From contig MDLE01000006.1 of the NCBI GenBank assembly GCA_001730065.1, positions 74,938-138,937 of the forward strand: DNA of 64,000 nt, in the 5' to 3' direction. Shown here one piece after another: positions 11,224-20,993 of this stretch (its first letter is position 1; each line of letters opens with the position of its first letter). Source of the DNA: Rickettsiales bacterium (ex Bugula neritina AB1) (GTDB lineage: Bacteria; Pseudomonadota; Alphaproteobacteria; CAJXXZ01; UBA1459). Below the pieces are notes generated by a model. It made no database searches and had not been told where the DNA came from. It was given only the letters and a program-made list of their open reading frames with translations. The translations under genes and the position numbers were made by a program.

Positions 11224-12066
11224 CTATATTTTTCTTTCTACATTACTACAACATTTGTCAATTAAATATAAATAAATTATTTCTTGATTGATTATACCAA
11301 TTATGAATAATACACATTCTTTTTCATCAAAGTCTTTTTTCTTAGCACATTCACCATAAAGGTGATCTTTATAATAATATATACAATAATACTCTATATT
11401 TTCTTGTGAATTATTAAAAATATTAACGGCCTGAGATTTTAATTCATATAAATCTCTTTTTTGTATTGTATTACCTATCTTATATTTTTTCATTATATGT
11501 AATAAACTTTCTATATCTCTTTTAAAAATTATTCTTAATGAATTTGCATGAATACGATAAAAAGTTCTATTTTTCTCCGTATAAGTATCCGCAGTCATTT
11601 TAATCATATCATGACCATTACTGAATAATAAAGTACTTATAGCTGAAGGGTTTTTTTTCTCAAATACAACCTCTCTTAATAAAAATGATGTATAATCAAT
11701 TAAATCTTCCTCTTCTATTATTTCTTTATCATTAAAAAAAGAAATATCTATGTTAGATTTTGTTTTTAATGTAATTAGATAAGACATCTTCTCTTTATAA
11801 GAATTATTATATAATTCATCAAATATATTTAAAAATTTGCCAATATAAATAGGAATTAATTTATTATTTAAATTATTTTTATTATTTAAATTTAAATTTG
11901 TAAATGTACTTTTGTATATACATATATAATACTTCATAAAATGTATTGCAATATTAGTTTTTTTATCAACAATATTTACAAGACTATCTTCACTGGTATT
12001 GTAATAATTATTTTTTTCTTTTCCAAATAAAAAAAAAACTACAAAAAATATAAGAAACATATTCAT
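11224..12066 (-). CDS. hypothetical secreted protein
   Basis: 280-aa ORF with the signal-like N-terminus MNMFLIFFVVFFLFG. No recognisable family. Confidence 0.4.
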   Translation of the reverse strand: MNMFLIFFVVFFLFGKEKNNYYNTSEDSLVNIVDKKTNIAIHFMKYYICIYKSTFTNLNLNNKNNLNNKLIPIYIGKFLNIFDELYNNSYKEKMSYLITLKTKSNIDISFFNDKEIIEEEDLIDYTSFLLREVVFEKKNPSAISTLLFSNGHDMIKMTADTYTEKNRTFYRIHANSLRIIFKRDIESLLHIMKKYKIGNTIQKRDLYELKSQAVNIFNNSQENIEYYCIYYYKDHLYGECAKKKDFDEKECVLFIIGIINQEIIYLYLIDKCCSNVERKI

Positions 12067-12145
12067 ATTAATTAGATAAATTCTAATATATTTCTATTAC
12101 AAAAACAATAATATTATCTTTATAAAAAATTATTTTAAATTTTTA

Positions 12146-13219
12146 TTATTCTTGGTAAATTTTTTTTGTAATGGATAGTAAAATACCACAACTAATACTT
12201 ATAGATAAAATACCACAACCACCAAAAGATAAAAAAGGACAACCTATACCTTTGGAGGGGATAAAACCTAAATTAGATAAAGCATGAAAAATAAAATTAT
12301 TAGACATTTGAGACATGATACCATATATAATATATTTTTTTTTACCAAAAAAAAATTGTGCATGATTTATATTTCTTACAAATAAAATAAGAAAACTAAT
12401 ATTTACTAATATTCCCATAAAAATACCACTATTGGACATAATAGATACAAAAATAAAGTCACAATGTGCTTCTGGTATCAATGGTAAATCACCACCTGAA
12501 AAAAAATTAGTATTTTGAAGATTCCATAGGGCAACATTAGATTGATAAGCACCATTTTTCGATAAAAATTTATTTACACGAAGCAATATATATTTTCCCT
12601 TAAAAGACATAAATATTATTACCAATGGAATAATGCAATAGAATATTTTTTTATATTTTTGAAAAATTTTTTCTAAATGTCCTGAAATAAATAATTGAAT
12701 TATAAAAGTACTTAAGCATAATATTGTAATACCTAAGTCCGGCTCTAGTAATAATAATATTAATACCATAAATAATAATCCTATTGTAGATATATAATCA
12801 TGAAAAATATATGGTAATACTATACTTAATGTATCTTTTATAAATAAAGATGGTTGAATAGAAAAACCAAAAATATTTAACCATCTTTTTGAACCATTTA
12901 TTCTTTTTCCTAAAAAGATTACTAATAAGCATAGGAATAAAGAAAAAATAAAAAAAATTTTTATAAATTTTATATTTCTCTTAAAAGAAAATGCACTTAA
13001 TAAAAGCATAATAGTAATACCACCTAATGTAAATATTAGATGTTTTTTAAAAAGTATTAGGCTATCCATTTGTAAACGATTACTAAGGATAGGTATACTA
13101 TTTAATAGATCAAAACATCCAATAGCAAATAAAAATAAAATAATACTTAAAGATACACTATCAATACACCATAACCAATAAAAAAATTTTTCTTTTAATC
13201 TTGAAATTATAATACTCAT
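12146..13219 (-). CDS. SEDS-family peptidoglycan glycosyltransferase (FtsW/RodA)
   Basis: Polytopic membrane protein with the SEDS signatures IQPSLFIK, EPDLG, PEAHCDFIF and PFLSFGG. FtsW cannot be distinguished from RodA here. Confidence 0.8.
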   Translation of the reverse strand: MSIIISRLKEKFFYWLWCIDSVSLSIILFLFAIGCFDLLNSIPILSNRLQMDSLILFKKHLIFTLGGITIMLLLSAFSFKRNIKFIKIFFIFSLFLCLLVIFLGKRINGSKRWLNIFGFSIQPSLFIKDTLSIVLPYIFHDYISTIGLLFMVLILLLLEPDLGITILCLSTFIIQLFISGHLEKIFQKYKKIFYCIIPLVIIFMSFKGKYILLRVNKFLSKNGAYQSNVALWNLQNTNFFSGGDLPLIPEAHCDFIFVSIMSNSGIFMGILVNISFLILFVRNINHAQFFFGKKKYIIYGIMSQMSNNFIFHALSNLGFIPSKGIGCPFLSFGGCGILSISISCGILLSITKKIYQE

Positions 13220-13255
13220 GTTAAATTAATTATATATAAAATTTTATATTTACAA

Positions 13256-13328
13256 TAACGAGAATGGGGCTCGAACCCATGACCCAAGGATTATGATTCC
13301 TTTGCTCTACCAACTGAGCTATCTCGCT
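13256..13328 (-). tRNA. tRNA with anticodon CAU (elongator Met or lysidine-modified Ile2)
   Basis: Manual cloverleaf: acceptor AGCGAGA/TCTCGTT, D-arm GCTC-AGTTGGTA-GAGC, anticodon loop ATCATAA, T-arm ATGGG-TTCGAGC-CCCAT. It lacks the initiator hallmarks (no C1:A72 mismatch, no 3 G:C pairs in the anticodon stem). No encoded CCA. Confidence 0.85.
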
Positions 13329-13442
13329 TTTTATTCAAATATACAATAATAGATCTATATAAACAAGCAACAAACATATAGTTCTTATAAAAAATTTTTC
13401 ATTTTCTAAATATATATATATGTGCAATAATTAAAATTATAT

Positions 13443-14003
13443 ATGTTCGCCTATATTACAGGAAAAATAGAAGAAGTAGAAGATAATCGTGTTTTAATAA
13501 AAAATGATTTTTTTGGGATAGAAGTTCTTGTAGTTTTCGTACCAAAAATGCATGAAAATATTTCTTTATATTTACATTCTATTTTATCTAATGAAGGTAT
13601 TTATATGTTTTATGGTTTCAATACAAAAAAAGAATTAAAAATTTTTCAAGAATTAATTAAAATTCAAGGTTTAGGAGGTAGAATGGCTATCAAATTATTA
13701 AACAACTTGGGTATTAGTAGTATTGCTACAGCTATTTATAATAAAGATAATAAAACTTTTGAAAATATTTCTGGTATTGGAAAAAAATTAGCAATGCGAA
13801 TTATTAATGATTTACAAGATAAGGTAATAGATTTTATGTCTACTACAAGTTTTCATAATGAAATTATTAATATTCTTATTTCTGTCGGTTATAAATTAAA
13901 GGAGATTTTTTCCGTAATTAATCACTGTGATAGTAATATGTCTATAGAAGAAAATTTAAAAATTTGTATGGGAAAAATGAGGCAAAACAATGATAAAAAA
14001 TAA
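13443..14003 (+). CDS. ruvA: Holliday junction DNA helicase subunit RuvA
   Basis: MFAYITGKI... N-terminal OB domain and the HhH motifs IQGLGGRMAIKLL / ISGIGKKLAMRII. Overlaps ruvB. Confidence 0.9.
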   Translation: MFAYITGKIEEVEDNRVLIKNDFFGIEVLVVFVPKMHENISLYLHSILSNEGIYMFYGFNTKKELKIFQELIKIQGLGGRMAIKLLNNLGISSIATAIYNKDNKTFENISGIGKKLAMRIINDLQDKVIDFMSTTSFHNEIINILISVGYKLKEIFSVINHCDSNMSIEENLKICMGKMRQNNDKK

Positions 14004-14931
14004 TCGTCCTAGTTCATTAGAAGAATTTATTGGTCAAGAAAATTTAAAAACTAATTTAAAAATTGCAATAAAATCTTCTTTAGTTCAAAAAAAACCCCTT
14101 AGTCATATTTTATTGTATGGGGGACCAGGAAAAGGAAAAACAAGTTTAGGTAAAATTATTAGTTTTGAAATGAAAACTAATTTTCGTAGTACATCTGGAT
14201 CATTACTACAAAAAACCACAGATATTACTTCTTTATTTGCATCAATAAAAGAGAATGATGTGGTTTTTATTGATGAAATTCATGCAATTAATCACTCTTT
14301 AGAAGAAATGTTTTATACGGTCATGGAGGATTATATGATGGATTTAATTATTGGTGAAGGCTCATCCGCTAAAATAGTGAAAATTTCTATTCCTCCTTTT
14401 ACACTTATTTGTGCTACTACAAAATATGGTCAATTATCAGAACCATTCCGTCATAGATTTAATTTAACTTTTCGGCTTGAAGATTATAATATTTCAGAAT
14501 TATCAAAAATAATAAAAAATTTTTTTTTTCGTAATAATATTAAAGTAAAAGAAGAAGATTTATTTTATGAAATTGCTATTAGAAGTAAAAATACACCTCG
14601 TTTAGCTCTCACATTATCTTCTCGTATACTAGATTTTTTTTATGGAGAAAATCATAAACTATTAGATAAAGAATTAGTTATAAAATCTACTAAAATTATT
14701 GGTATCGATAATAAAGGTTTAAATATTTTAGATTTGTCTTATTTGAAACTATTTATTAAATACAATGTATTAGGCATAGAAACTATAAGTGGATATCTTC
14801 AAGAATCAATAAATACAATTGAAGAAACTATTGAACCTTATTTAATGCGTATTAACTTCATAAAAAAAACCCCAAGAGGTCGTGTTCTTACAGAAGAAGG
14901 ATTAAAACATATAAAAAATATTATTATTTAA
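13990..14931 (+). CDS. ruvB: Holliday junction DNA helicase RuvB
   Basis: RPSSLEEFIGQE, GPGKGKTSL Walker A, FIDEIH Walker B, ATT sensor and TPRGR C-terminal motif. Confidence 0.95.
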   Translation: MIKNNRPSSLEEFIGQENLKTNLKIAIKSSLVQKKPLSHILLYGGPGKGKTSLGKIISFEMKTNFRSTSGSLLQKTTDITSLFASIKENDVVFIDEIHAINHSLEEMFYTVMEDYMMDLIIGEGSSAKIVKISIPPFTLICATTKYGQLSEPFRHRFNLTFRLEDYNISELSKIIKNFFFRNNIKVKEEDLFYEIAIRSKNTPRLALTLSSRILDFFYGENHKLLDKELVIKSTKIIGIDNKGLNILDLSYLKLFIKYNVLGIETISGYLQESINTIEETIEPYLMRINFIKKTPRGRVLTEEGLKHIKNIII

Positions 14932-14979
14932 CAAAATTTTAATAAAAATTTTTCATTATTCATTTAAGAATGAATCAAC

Positions 14980-14985
14980 AGGAGG
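14980..14985 (+). promoter_or_regulatory. Shine-Dalgarno site AGGAGG upstream of ATG 14989
   Basis: The sequence caACAGGAGGAACatg is read directly. Confidence 0.6.
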
Positions 14986-14988
14986 AAC

Positions 14989-16584
14989 ATGAAAAAAGAA
15001 AATTATAATATTGGTTTGAAATTATTATTACTATTTTGTAATTTTATACAAACAATGGAAGGTGAGAAAAAACCTCAAAAATATAAAGAGTTAGAAACTT
15101 TAGACGCTTCAGAATTAAACAAACAAAACACAATAATATTTTATTTACCTTATATGACAGATAGTGGTCTTTTACTTTTTCATGTATGTGAAATTAACAC
15201 AAATAATCTAAAAGAAAAAAATGATATAACAACACTTTCAAAAATAATTGAAATATATAATGAAATTATTGAAATTTCTATGTCCGTAAATTTTGCTGAC
15301 ACTGCAAATTTAGAAAAAATATCTGAGAAGATTGTTTCTTTATCTTTATCTATAAATGAAATAGTAGAAGAAAACCCTAAAATAGTAGAATATATTGAAA
15401 ATAATGCACCAAATTGTAATCAAGCTCATTTTTTAATCAATATGATACTATTTGCATCAGGATATAATAGAAATATTGATAATGAAGAAAAAATTGATGA
15501 AAAAGAACAAATTAATTTAAATGTAGATTCAAGAGTATTAGAAGCTGTAATTTTAACCCAAGATAGTTTGGAACTTTTTATGAGTATGCTTGAATACATT
15601 TCACAAAGATATGATATTTATATGACACCAGAAAAAGGTTCAAAAATTAATACTGAGTTTAATATAGGAAAATTCTTTAAACCAACTAATAAAACTAATG
15701 AAAAAGAGGAGAAAAATAATATTAAAATAGCTATGAATATTGATAATAAAAATCATTTTTTTACAATGAAAATGTTATCAAATTTAGTTTATTATTATGG
15801 TCAGTTAAATAAGAAAGTAGAAATTATATTTTCAGGAACTGTTCATTATACAGAAAAATTTTTAGAAGTTTTAGAGGAATATAGAAGGTTAGGTATTCTA
15901 TCTGCAAAATTAAATGATAAAATGGGAAACATATATGTAGATATGCTCACCCTTCCAAAAGATGGTGTTTTTAAAACAAATATAGGATTTGAAAATCAAA
16001 ATAAAAATAAAGAAGATCCAAAGAAAAATAAAGAAGATCCAAAGGAAGATAAAGACAATCTAAATAATAGAGTTAATGTAAAAAATCTACATGTTTTAAA
16101 TTTTTCTGAATTTAAATCAACTTTAATAAAACCCATAGATCCCTCTAAACTTTTCCAAGACTTTGAAATTGAAAATATTGTTTTCAAAGGTGAATTAGAA
16201 GGTATTTTGAGTAATTTTAAAAATTTTCTTTCTGAAAAACCAATATCAAAATCTATGACTATTTTTGCAATGATGCATAATGAAGATGTTATTAATTTAT
16301 CCAAAAGGATTGAATTAATAATGAAATGTGTAGAAAAAGGTTATAATTTAAATTTATTTTTTTATTCTGAAGACACTGAAAATGTTAAGACTTTTGCAAA
16401 TACAATAAAAAAAATAATACTTGAGGAAAAATATACTAGTAATGTTAGAGTTTTTAATTGCAAATCAAATAAATATTCGTGTTTAGATAATAAAAATAAA
16501 TTTAGTGAAAAGAGAGTAGAAAAAACTATAGCAGAATTTTCAAACCAACAATCAAAAGAAAAATACACATACATGGAAATATAA
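14989..16584 (+). CDS. hypothetical protein (lineage-specific, probable signal peptide)
   Basis: 531-aa ORF preceded by a strong SD. Hydrophobic N-terminus LKLLLLFCNFI. Internal 21-bp duplication encoding NKNKEDPKKNKEDPK. Confidence 0.5.
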   Translation: MKKENYNIGLKLLLLFCNFIQTMEGEKKPQKYKELETLDASELNKQNTIIFYLPYMTDSGLLLFHVCEINTNNLKEKNDITTLSKIIEIYNEIIEISMSVNFADTANLEKISEKIVSLSLSINEIVEENPKIVEYIENNAPNCNQAHFLINMILFASGYNRNIDNEEKIDEKEQINLNVDSRVLEAVILTQDSLELFMSMLEYISQRYDIYMTPEKGSKINTEFNIGKFFKPTNKTNEKEEKNNIKIAMNIDNKNHFFTMKMLSNLVYYYGQLNKKVEIIFSGTVHYTEKFLEVLEEYRRLGILSAKLNDKMGNIYVDMLTLPKDGVFKTNIGFENQNKNKEDPKKNKEDPKEDKDNLNNRVNVKNLHVLNFSEFKSTLIKPIDPSKLFQDFEIENIVFKGELEGILSNFKNFLSEKPISKSMTIFAMMHNEDVINLSKRIELIMKCVEKGYNLNLFFYSEDTENVKTFANTIKKIILEEKYTSNVRVFNCKSNKYSCLDNKNKFSEKRVEKTIAEFSNQQSKEKYTYMEI

Positions 16585-16649
16585 TATTTATTTATATAAT
16601 AAGAAGTTAAAACCTAAAAATTTTTTATTTTGTGTTATTATTATATAAA

Positions 16650-16721
16650 GTCTCATTCGTCTAGTAGTTAGGACATCACCCTCTCAAGGTGAAAACGGAG
16701 GTGCAAATCCATCATGAGATG
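16650..16721 (+). tRNA. tRNA-Glu (anticodon CUC), atypical
   Basis: Acceptor GTCTCAT/ATGAGAT, D-arm GTCT-AGTAGTTA-GGAC, anticodon arm TCACC-CTCTCAA-GGTGA, 4-nt variable loop, T-arm GGAGG-TGCAAAT-CCATC. The T-stem has one A:A mismatch. The D-arm is identical to that of tRNA-Glu(UUC) at 63271. Confidence 0.65.
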
Positions 16722-16744
16722 CATAATTATAGTAATAAAATAGT

Positions 16745-17365
16745 ATGAGTACAAAATTTAAACGTAAAAAATTATCTTCTTCTTCAAAAAAATGGATTAC
16801 AAGACAAAAAAATAATATTTTTACAAAAGCTTCTAAAAATTTAAATATAGTTTGTAGATCTTATTTTAAATTAAAGGAAATTCAAGATAAATATAAAATA
16901 ATAAAAAAAAATCATAAAGTAATAGACATTGGTTCTGTACCAGGTGGTTGGTGTCAATTTGTAAAAGAAATTACAGAAGAATTACACGCCTGTGACATTG
17001 TAAATAATATGGAAGTATCTGTGAAAAAATTTATACTTGGAGATTTTTGTGATAAAAAAATACAAGAAAAAATGGAAAATTATGATTGTATACTATCAGA
17101 TATGGCAATTTCTTCAACAGGTATAAAACACATAGATATAGTTCTTAACCATAATTTACTCGTTAATGTTTGGAATTTTGCAAAAACTAATTTAAATAAA
17201 AATGGTTATCTTGTAATTAAAATTTTTCAAAATGAAGAAACTAATAAAGTTGTGAATGAAATACGAAAACAATTTCATAGAGTTATAAGATTTAAACCCA
17301 AGTCTAGTCATAAAGAATCTCAAGAAATGTTCTTATTAGCTTTCAAAAGACATACAGTTCTATAA
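16745..17365 (+). CDS. rlmE: 23S rRNA (uridine2552-2'-O)-methyltransferase RlmE/FtsJ
   Basis: RSYFKL.EI......K....VIDIGSVPGGWCQ SAM-binding motif and DMA...G motif. Size is typical of RlmE. Confidence 0.85.
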   Translation: MSTKFKRKKLSSSSKKWITRQKNNIFTKASKNLNIVCRSYFKLKEIQDKYKIIKKNHKVIDIGSVPGGWCQFVKEITEELHACDIVNNMEVSVKKFILGDFCDKKIQEKMENYDCILSDMAISSTGIKHIDIVLNHNLLVNVWNFAKTNLNKNGYLVIKIFQNEETNKVVNEIRKQFHRVIRFKPKSSHKESQEMFLLAFKRHTVL

Positions 17366-17374
17366 ATAGATTTT

Positions 17375-20300
17375 TTAAAAATGCCATTTCCATTTTTTTT
17401 CTTTTATAGAATTAATAATATCTTTACTAAAAAAATCATTTAATAAATACTTTTTATTTTTTATAACTAAATTAATCCTAAAATAATTTTCTTTTAGAGT
17501 TGTATTTTTTTTTAAAATATTTGCCATATTTAATAAATTACTTCTATTTGGATATAAAAACAAATAATTTTTATTTTCATGTAATAAAGAAATATCATAA
17601 CAAATACATTTAATAAGTTTAGATTTTTTTTCATAATTAATATGTACAACTACAAATTGTTTTTCTTTAATAATGTCTATTTTTTTTTCAATTAAGTCTC
17701 CAAAAAATGTAACTTCTAATAATCCTGTACCATCCATTAACTTTACAAACATATAGGTTTTATTAGTATGATGACTTTTTTTTTTTATAATACTACGAAT
17801 TATACCTGCTACTTTTGCTTGTCCTTTGTTTTGAGGGTTTGTAATAATTTCTTTAATTTTTATTATATTTAAATTACGAATATTAAAATATTTAAAAGGA
17901 TCATCCGTAAGAAAAAACCCTAAAGATTCTATTTCATCGTATATACTTTCCTTTAAGGTACGATGCTTAAAATTATCCATATAAATTAAACTTTCACCAC
18001 GAGTAATAGATACAAGATTATCTAATAATAAATCTTTATTATTATTTAGTTCTTTTAAACTACCACTATATATTAAATATTCTAATTGACGTTTGTTAAG
18101 ATATGATAAGTTTCTATAAACAAAATTTTCTATATTTAAATATAAACCATTGTTTTCTCTTTCTTTTTGAATATTTTTAGCAAGATTTTCACCTACATTT
18201 TTAATTGCACCTAAACCAAAACGTAAACTATTACCTTCTACAGAAAAATAATAATTAGATTTTTGTATGGAAGGAGGTAATAATTTTTTATTAAGCCCTA
18301 TTAAGTCATTTACATATATAAGTAATTTATCCGTATCATGTTGATCCAAACTCATTAATGCCCCCATAAATTCAAGAGGATAATAATTTTTTAAATAAGC
18401 AGTAATATAAGAAATATAAGCATAAGGAGCCGCATGTGATTTATTAAAACCATAACCAGCAAAATCACTAATTTTATTAAAAATATTTTCTGCAATTTCT
18501 AAAGAAATATTATTTTCTATACAACCTTTTAGAAATTTATCTTTTTCTGCTGCCATTTCTTTAAGAATTTTTTTACCCATAGCACGACGTAAAGTATCCG
18601 CTTCTCCAAGAGAATAACCACCCATTTTAACAGCAATTTCTAAAACTTGTTCCTGATATACAATAATTCCATAAGTATTAGATAAAATTTTTTCTAATAA
18701 AGGATGTATATATTCAATTTTTTCTTTACCTTTTTTTCTATTAATATATTTTGGTATATCTTTCATGGGACCAGGACGAAAAAGAGAAATCAAAGCAATA
18801 ATATCATCAAGACAATCTGGTTGTAAATCATAAATTATACTTTTCATACCAAGACTATCTATTTGAAAAACACCCGATAATTGTAAATTACATATAAATT
18901 TATAAGTACTAATATCATCTATAGGAATTTCATCAATATTTATTGAAATATTTTTTGTTACTTTAAGAGTTTCTTTTACTTTTTCTATTAATGTAAGAGT
19001 TTGTAATCCAAGAAAATCAAACTTTACAAGACCTGATAGTTCTACATATTTCATACTAAATTGCGTACATAAATCACCACTAGATGTACGATATAAAGGT
19101 AAATATCTATTAATATTTTCTTTTGTAATAACAATTCCTGCCGCATGGGTAGATACATGACGTACAAGACCTTCTAATTTTAAACTTATTTGTAGAAGTT
19201 TACGAGTTTTTGTATCCTCTTCAAACATTTGTTTTAATTGATGATCTAGCTCTACTGCCTTTCCTAAAGTTACAGGATTTACTTGATCTTGAGGTACAAA
19301 TTTTGCAATTGAATCAATTTTACCCAAAGGAATACCAAGTACACGACCCACATCTCGTAATACCATTTTTGACTTCATAAGATTAAAAGTAATAATACTT
19401 ACAATATTATTTTCTCCATATTTTTTCTTTAACCTGTCAATAAGTAAATAACGTTTTTCTTGACAAAAATCTATATCAAGATCCGGCAAAGATTTTCTCT
19501 GAGGATTTAAAAATCTTTCAAAAATTAAACCAAATTTTATAGGATCTATATTAGTAATATTTAATGAATAAGCCACTAATGAACCAGTTCCAGAGCCTCT
19601 TCCTGGACCTACAGAAATATTTAACTTTTTTCCTTCATTTATAAAATCACTTGTGATTAAAAAATAATTAGAAAAATCTTTTTCTTGAAGAATTTTTAAT
19701 TCTTTATTAAGACGTTCATAATATATATAATGATTTTCTTTAGGGATATTTAATAGTCTTGCTTTTAATCCCTCTAATGTTTTTTCTCTAAGCAACTCAT
19801 GAGAGTTATATTCTGTAAATTTAGGAATTCTAGGAGCATTTTCTTTTAAATAAAAATTACATCTTTTTTCAATATTAATAAGATTATCTATACCTTCTTG
19901 AAATAAAAAACGTTTTTTTATATTCTCTTTCGATAAAAAAAAATTATTCTTCTTTGAAGAAGTATTTAAATCATCTTCATCATATATTTTACTTTCTGAA
20001 ATACAAGTAAAGGCATAATATGCTTCATAAGAATTTTCACAAAAATATACATTATTTGTAGCTACAATAGGTATAGATTCTTTTAGAGAAATCTGTAAAA
20101 ATAAATTATTATTTTTATAGTTTTGTACTTCTATGTAAAGGTTTTCCTTAAAGATATTTTTTAAAATTTTTGTATTATTTAATACTTCTTCATAAGAATT
20201 ACAATAAGACTCATTACCACCATATAGAATAATAATATCGTTTTTTATAGGAATAAATTCATTAATATCTAAATATTTTTTATATTTACTATAAAAATTT

Positions 20301-20572
20301 GTTAATAATGTACATACACCTTCATAACCATTTTGATTTTTTATAAGTACTGGAAGATAACCAAAACCATCAATATTCATTAAACATCCTAAAATAGGCT
20401 TGATTTTTTTTTTTATGGCCATAATAGAAAATTCAAAAGCTCCACACATATTCATACGATCTATTAATGCTACGGATTTTTGTTTGTGTTGTAGTGTTAA
20501 ATTAATGATTTTCTCTATTGTTAAAATACTTTCCCCAAATGAATAATTAGAAAAAACCCTTAAGTTAAACAT
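17375..20572 (-). CDS. dnaE: DNA polymerase III alpha subunit
   Basis: Conserved along the full length (PDLDIDF, GRVLG, HAAG.VI, FDFLGL, RPGPM, NKSHAA.YA). Start set at ATG 20572 (MFNLRVFSNYS...) because the longer ORF-track start runs into tRNA-Arg. Confidence 0.95.
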   Translation of the reverse strand: MFNLRVFSNYSFGESILTIEKIINLTLQHKQKSVALIDRMNMCGAFEFSIMAIKKKIKPILGCLMNIDGFGYLPVLIKNQNGYEGVCTLLTNFYSKYKKYLDINEFIPIKNDIIILYGGNESYCNSYEEVLNNTKILKNIFKENLYIEVQNYKNNNLFLQISLKESIPIVATNNVYFCENSYEAYYAFTCISESKIYDEDDLNTSSKKNNFFLSKENIKKRFLFQEGIDNLINIEKRCNFYLKENAPRIPKFTEYNSHELLREKTLEGLKARLLNIPKENHYIYYERLNKELKILQEKDFSNYFLITSDFINEGKKLNISVGPGRGSGTGSLVAYSLNITNIDPIKFGLIFERFLNPQRKSLPDLDIDFCQEKRYLLIDRLKKKYGENNIVSIITFNLMKSKMVLRDVGRVLGIPLGKIDSIAKFVPQDQVNPVTLGKAVELDHQLKQMFEEDTKTRKLLQISLKLEGLVRHVSTHAAGIVITKENINRYLPLYRTSSGDLCTQFSMKYVELSGLVKFDFLGLQTLTLIEKVKETLKVTKNISINIDEIPIDDISTYKFICNLQLSGVFQIDSLGMKSIIYDLQPDCLDDIIALISLFRPGPMKDIPKYINRKKGKEKIEYIHPLLEKILSNTYGIIVYQEQVLEIAVKMGGYSLGEADTLRRAMGKKILKEMAAEKDKFLKGCIENNISLEIAENIFNKISDFAGYGFNKSHAAPYAYISYITAYLKNYYPLEFMGALMSLDQHDTDKLLIYVNDLIGLNKKLLPPSIQKSNYYFSVEGNSLRFGLGAIKNVGENLAKNIQKERENNGLYLNIENFVYRNLSYLNKRQLEYLIYSGSLKELNNNKDLLLDNLVSITRGESLIYMDNFKHRTLKESIYDEIESLGFFLTDDPFKYFNIRNLNIIKIKEIITNPQNKGQAKVAGIIRSIIKKKSHHTNKTYMFVKLMDGTGLLEVTFFGDLIEKKIDIIKEKQFVVVHINYEKKSKLIKCICYDISLLHENKNYLFLYPNRSNLLNMANILKKNTTLKENYFRINLVIKNKKYLLNDFFSKDIINSIKEKKWKWHF

Positions 20573-20602
20573 AATATCAGTATAGTATAAATCTTTTAAA
20601 TA

Positions 20603-20676
20603 TACACCTAGTAGGACTTGAACCCACAACCCCCAGATCCGTAGTCTAGTACTCTATCCAATTGAGCTATAGGTGT
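20603..20676 (-). tRNA. tRNA-Arg (anticodon ACG)
   Basis: Acceptor ACACCTA/TAGGTGT, D-arm GCTC-AATTGGATA-GAGT, anticodon arm CTAGA-CTACGGA-TCTGG, T-arm GTGGG-TTCAAGT-CCTAC. Confidence 0.9.
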
Positions 20677-20742
20677 GCTATATAATACAATAATAATAAC
20701 AAATTTAATAGATATTACAAAGAAGTATAAATAAAAAAATTT

Positions 20743-20904
20743 TTAATCTTTTTTATTTTCTTCTCTTTGGCAATCCCAGTTAGGATTATTCATAATATCC
20801 ATACAGGTTTTAATACATATATCACATACATACTTAAAATCTTCTTGAGTTTGAACTGTCTTATCTCTACCACAAAAACAACAATAAATTTTAAAATTAT
20901 TCAT
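20743..20904 (-). CDS. 53-aa free-standing ClpX-type C4 zinc-finger protein (not in the ORF track)
   Basis: Hand translation: MNNFKIYCCFCGRDKTVQTQEDFKYVCDICIKTCMDIMNNPNWDCQREENKKD*. The Cys spacing and flanking residues match the zinc-binding domain of the ClpX in this window (CCFCSRHKSEVKKLV...LICDICIETC). Confidence 0.55.
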   Translation of the reverse strand: MNNFKIYCCFCGRDKTVQTQEDFKYVCDICIKTCMDIMNNPNWDCQREENKKD

Positions 20905-20993
20905 AACCCTATTTTATCATAAACTACTAATATTCTAAAGAGAATTACTTAATATTTATTAATAAATTATTGACTTTTAAAGAATTTATTTAA

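Noticed and set aside
15996-16574. Minus-strand ORFs 15996..16304 and 16362..16574
   Set aside because: They are antisense within the 531-aa ORF, which has a strong SD. They show no independent signals.
20573-20629. 19-codon N-terminal extension of dnaE in the ORF track
   Set aside because: The extension overlaps tRNA-Arg(ACG) at 20603..20676. The conserved DnaE N-terminus begins at the internal ATG at 20572.
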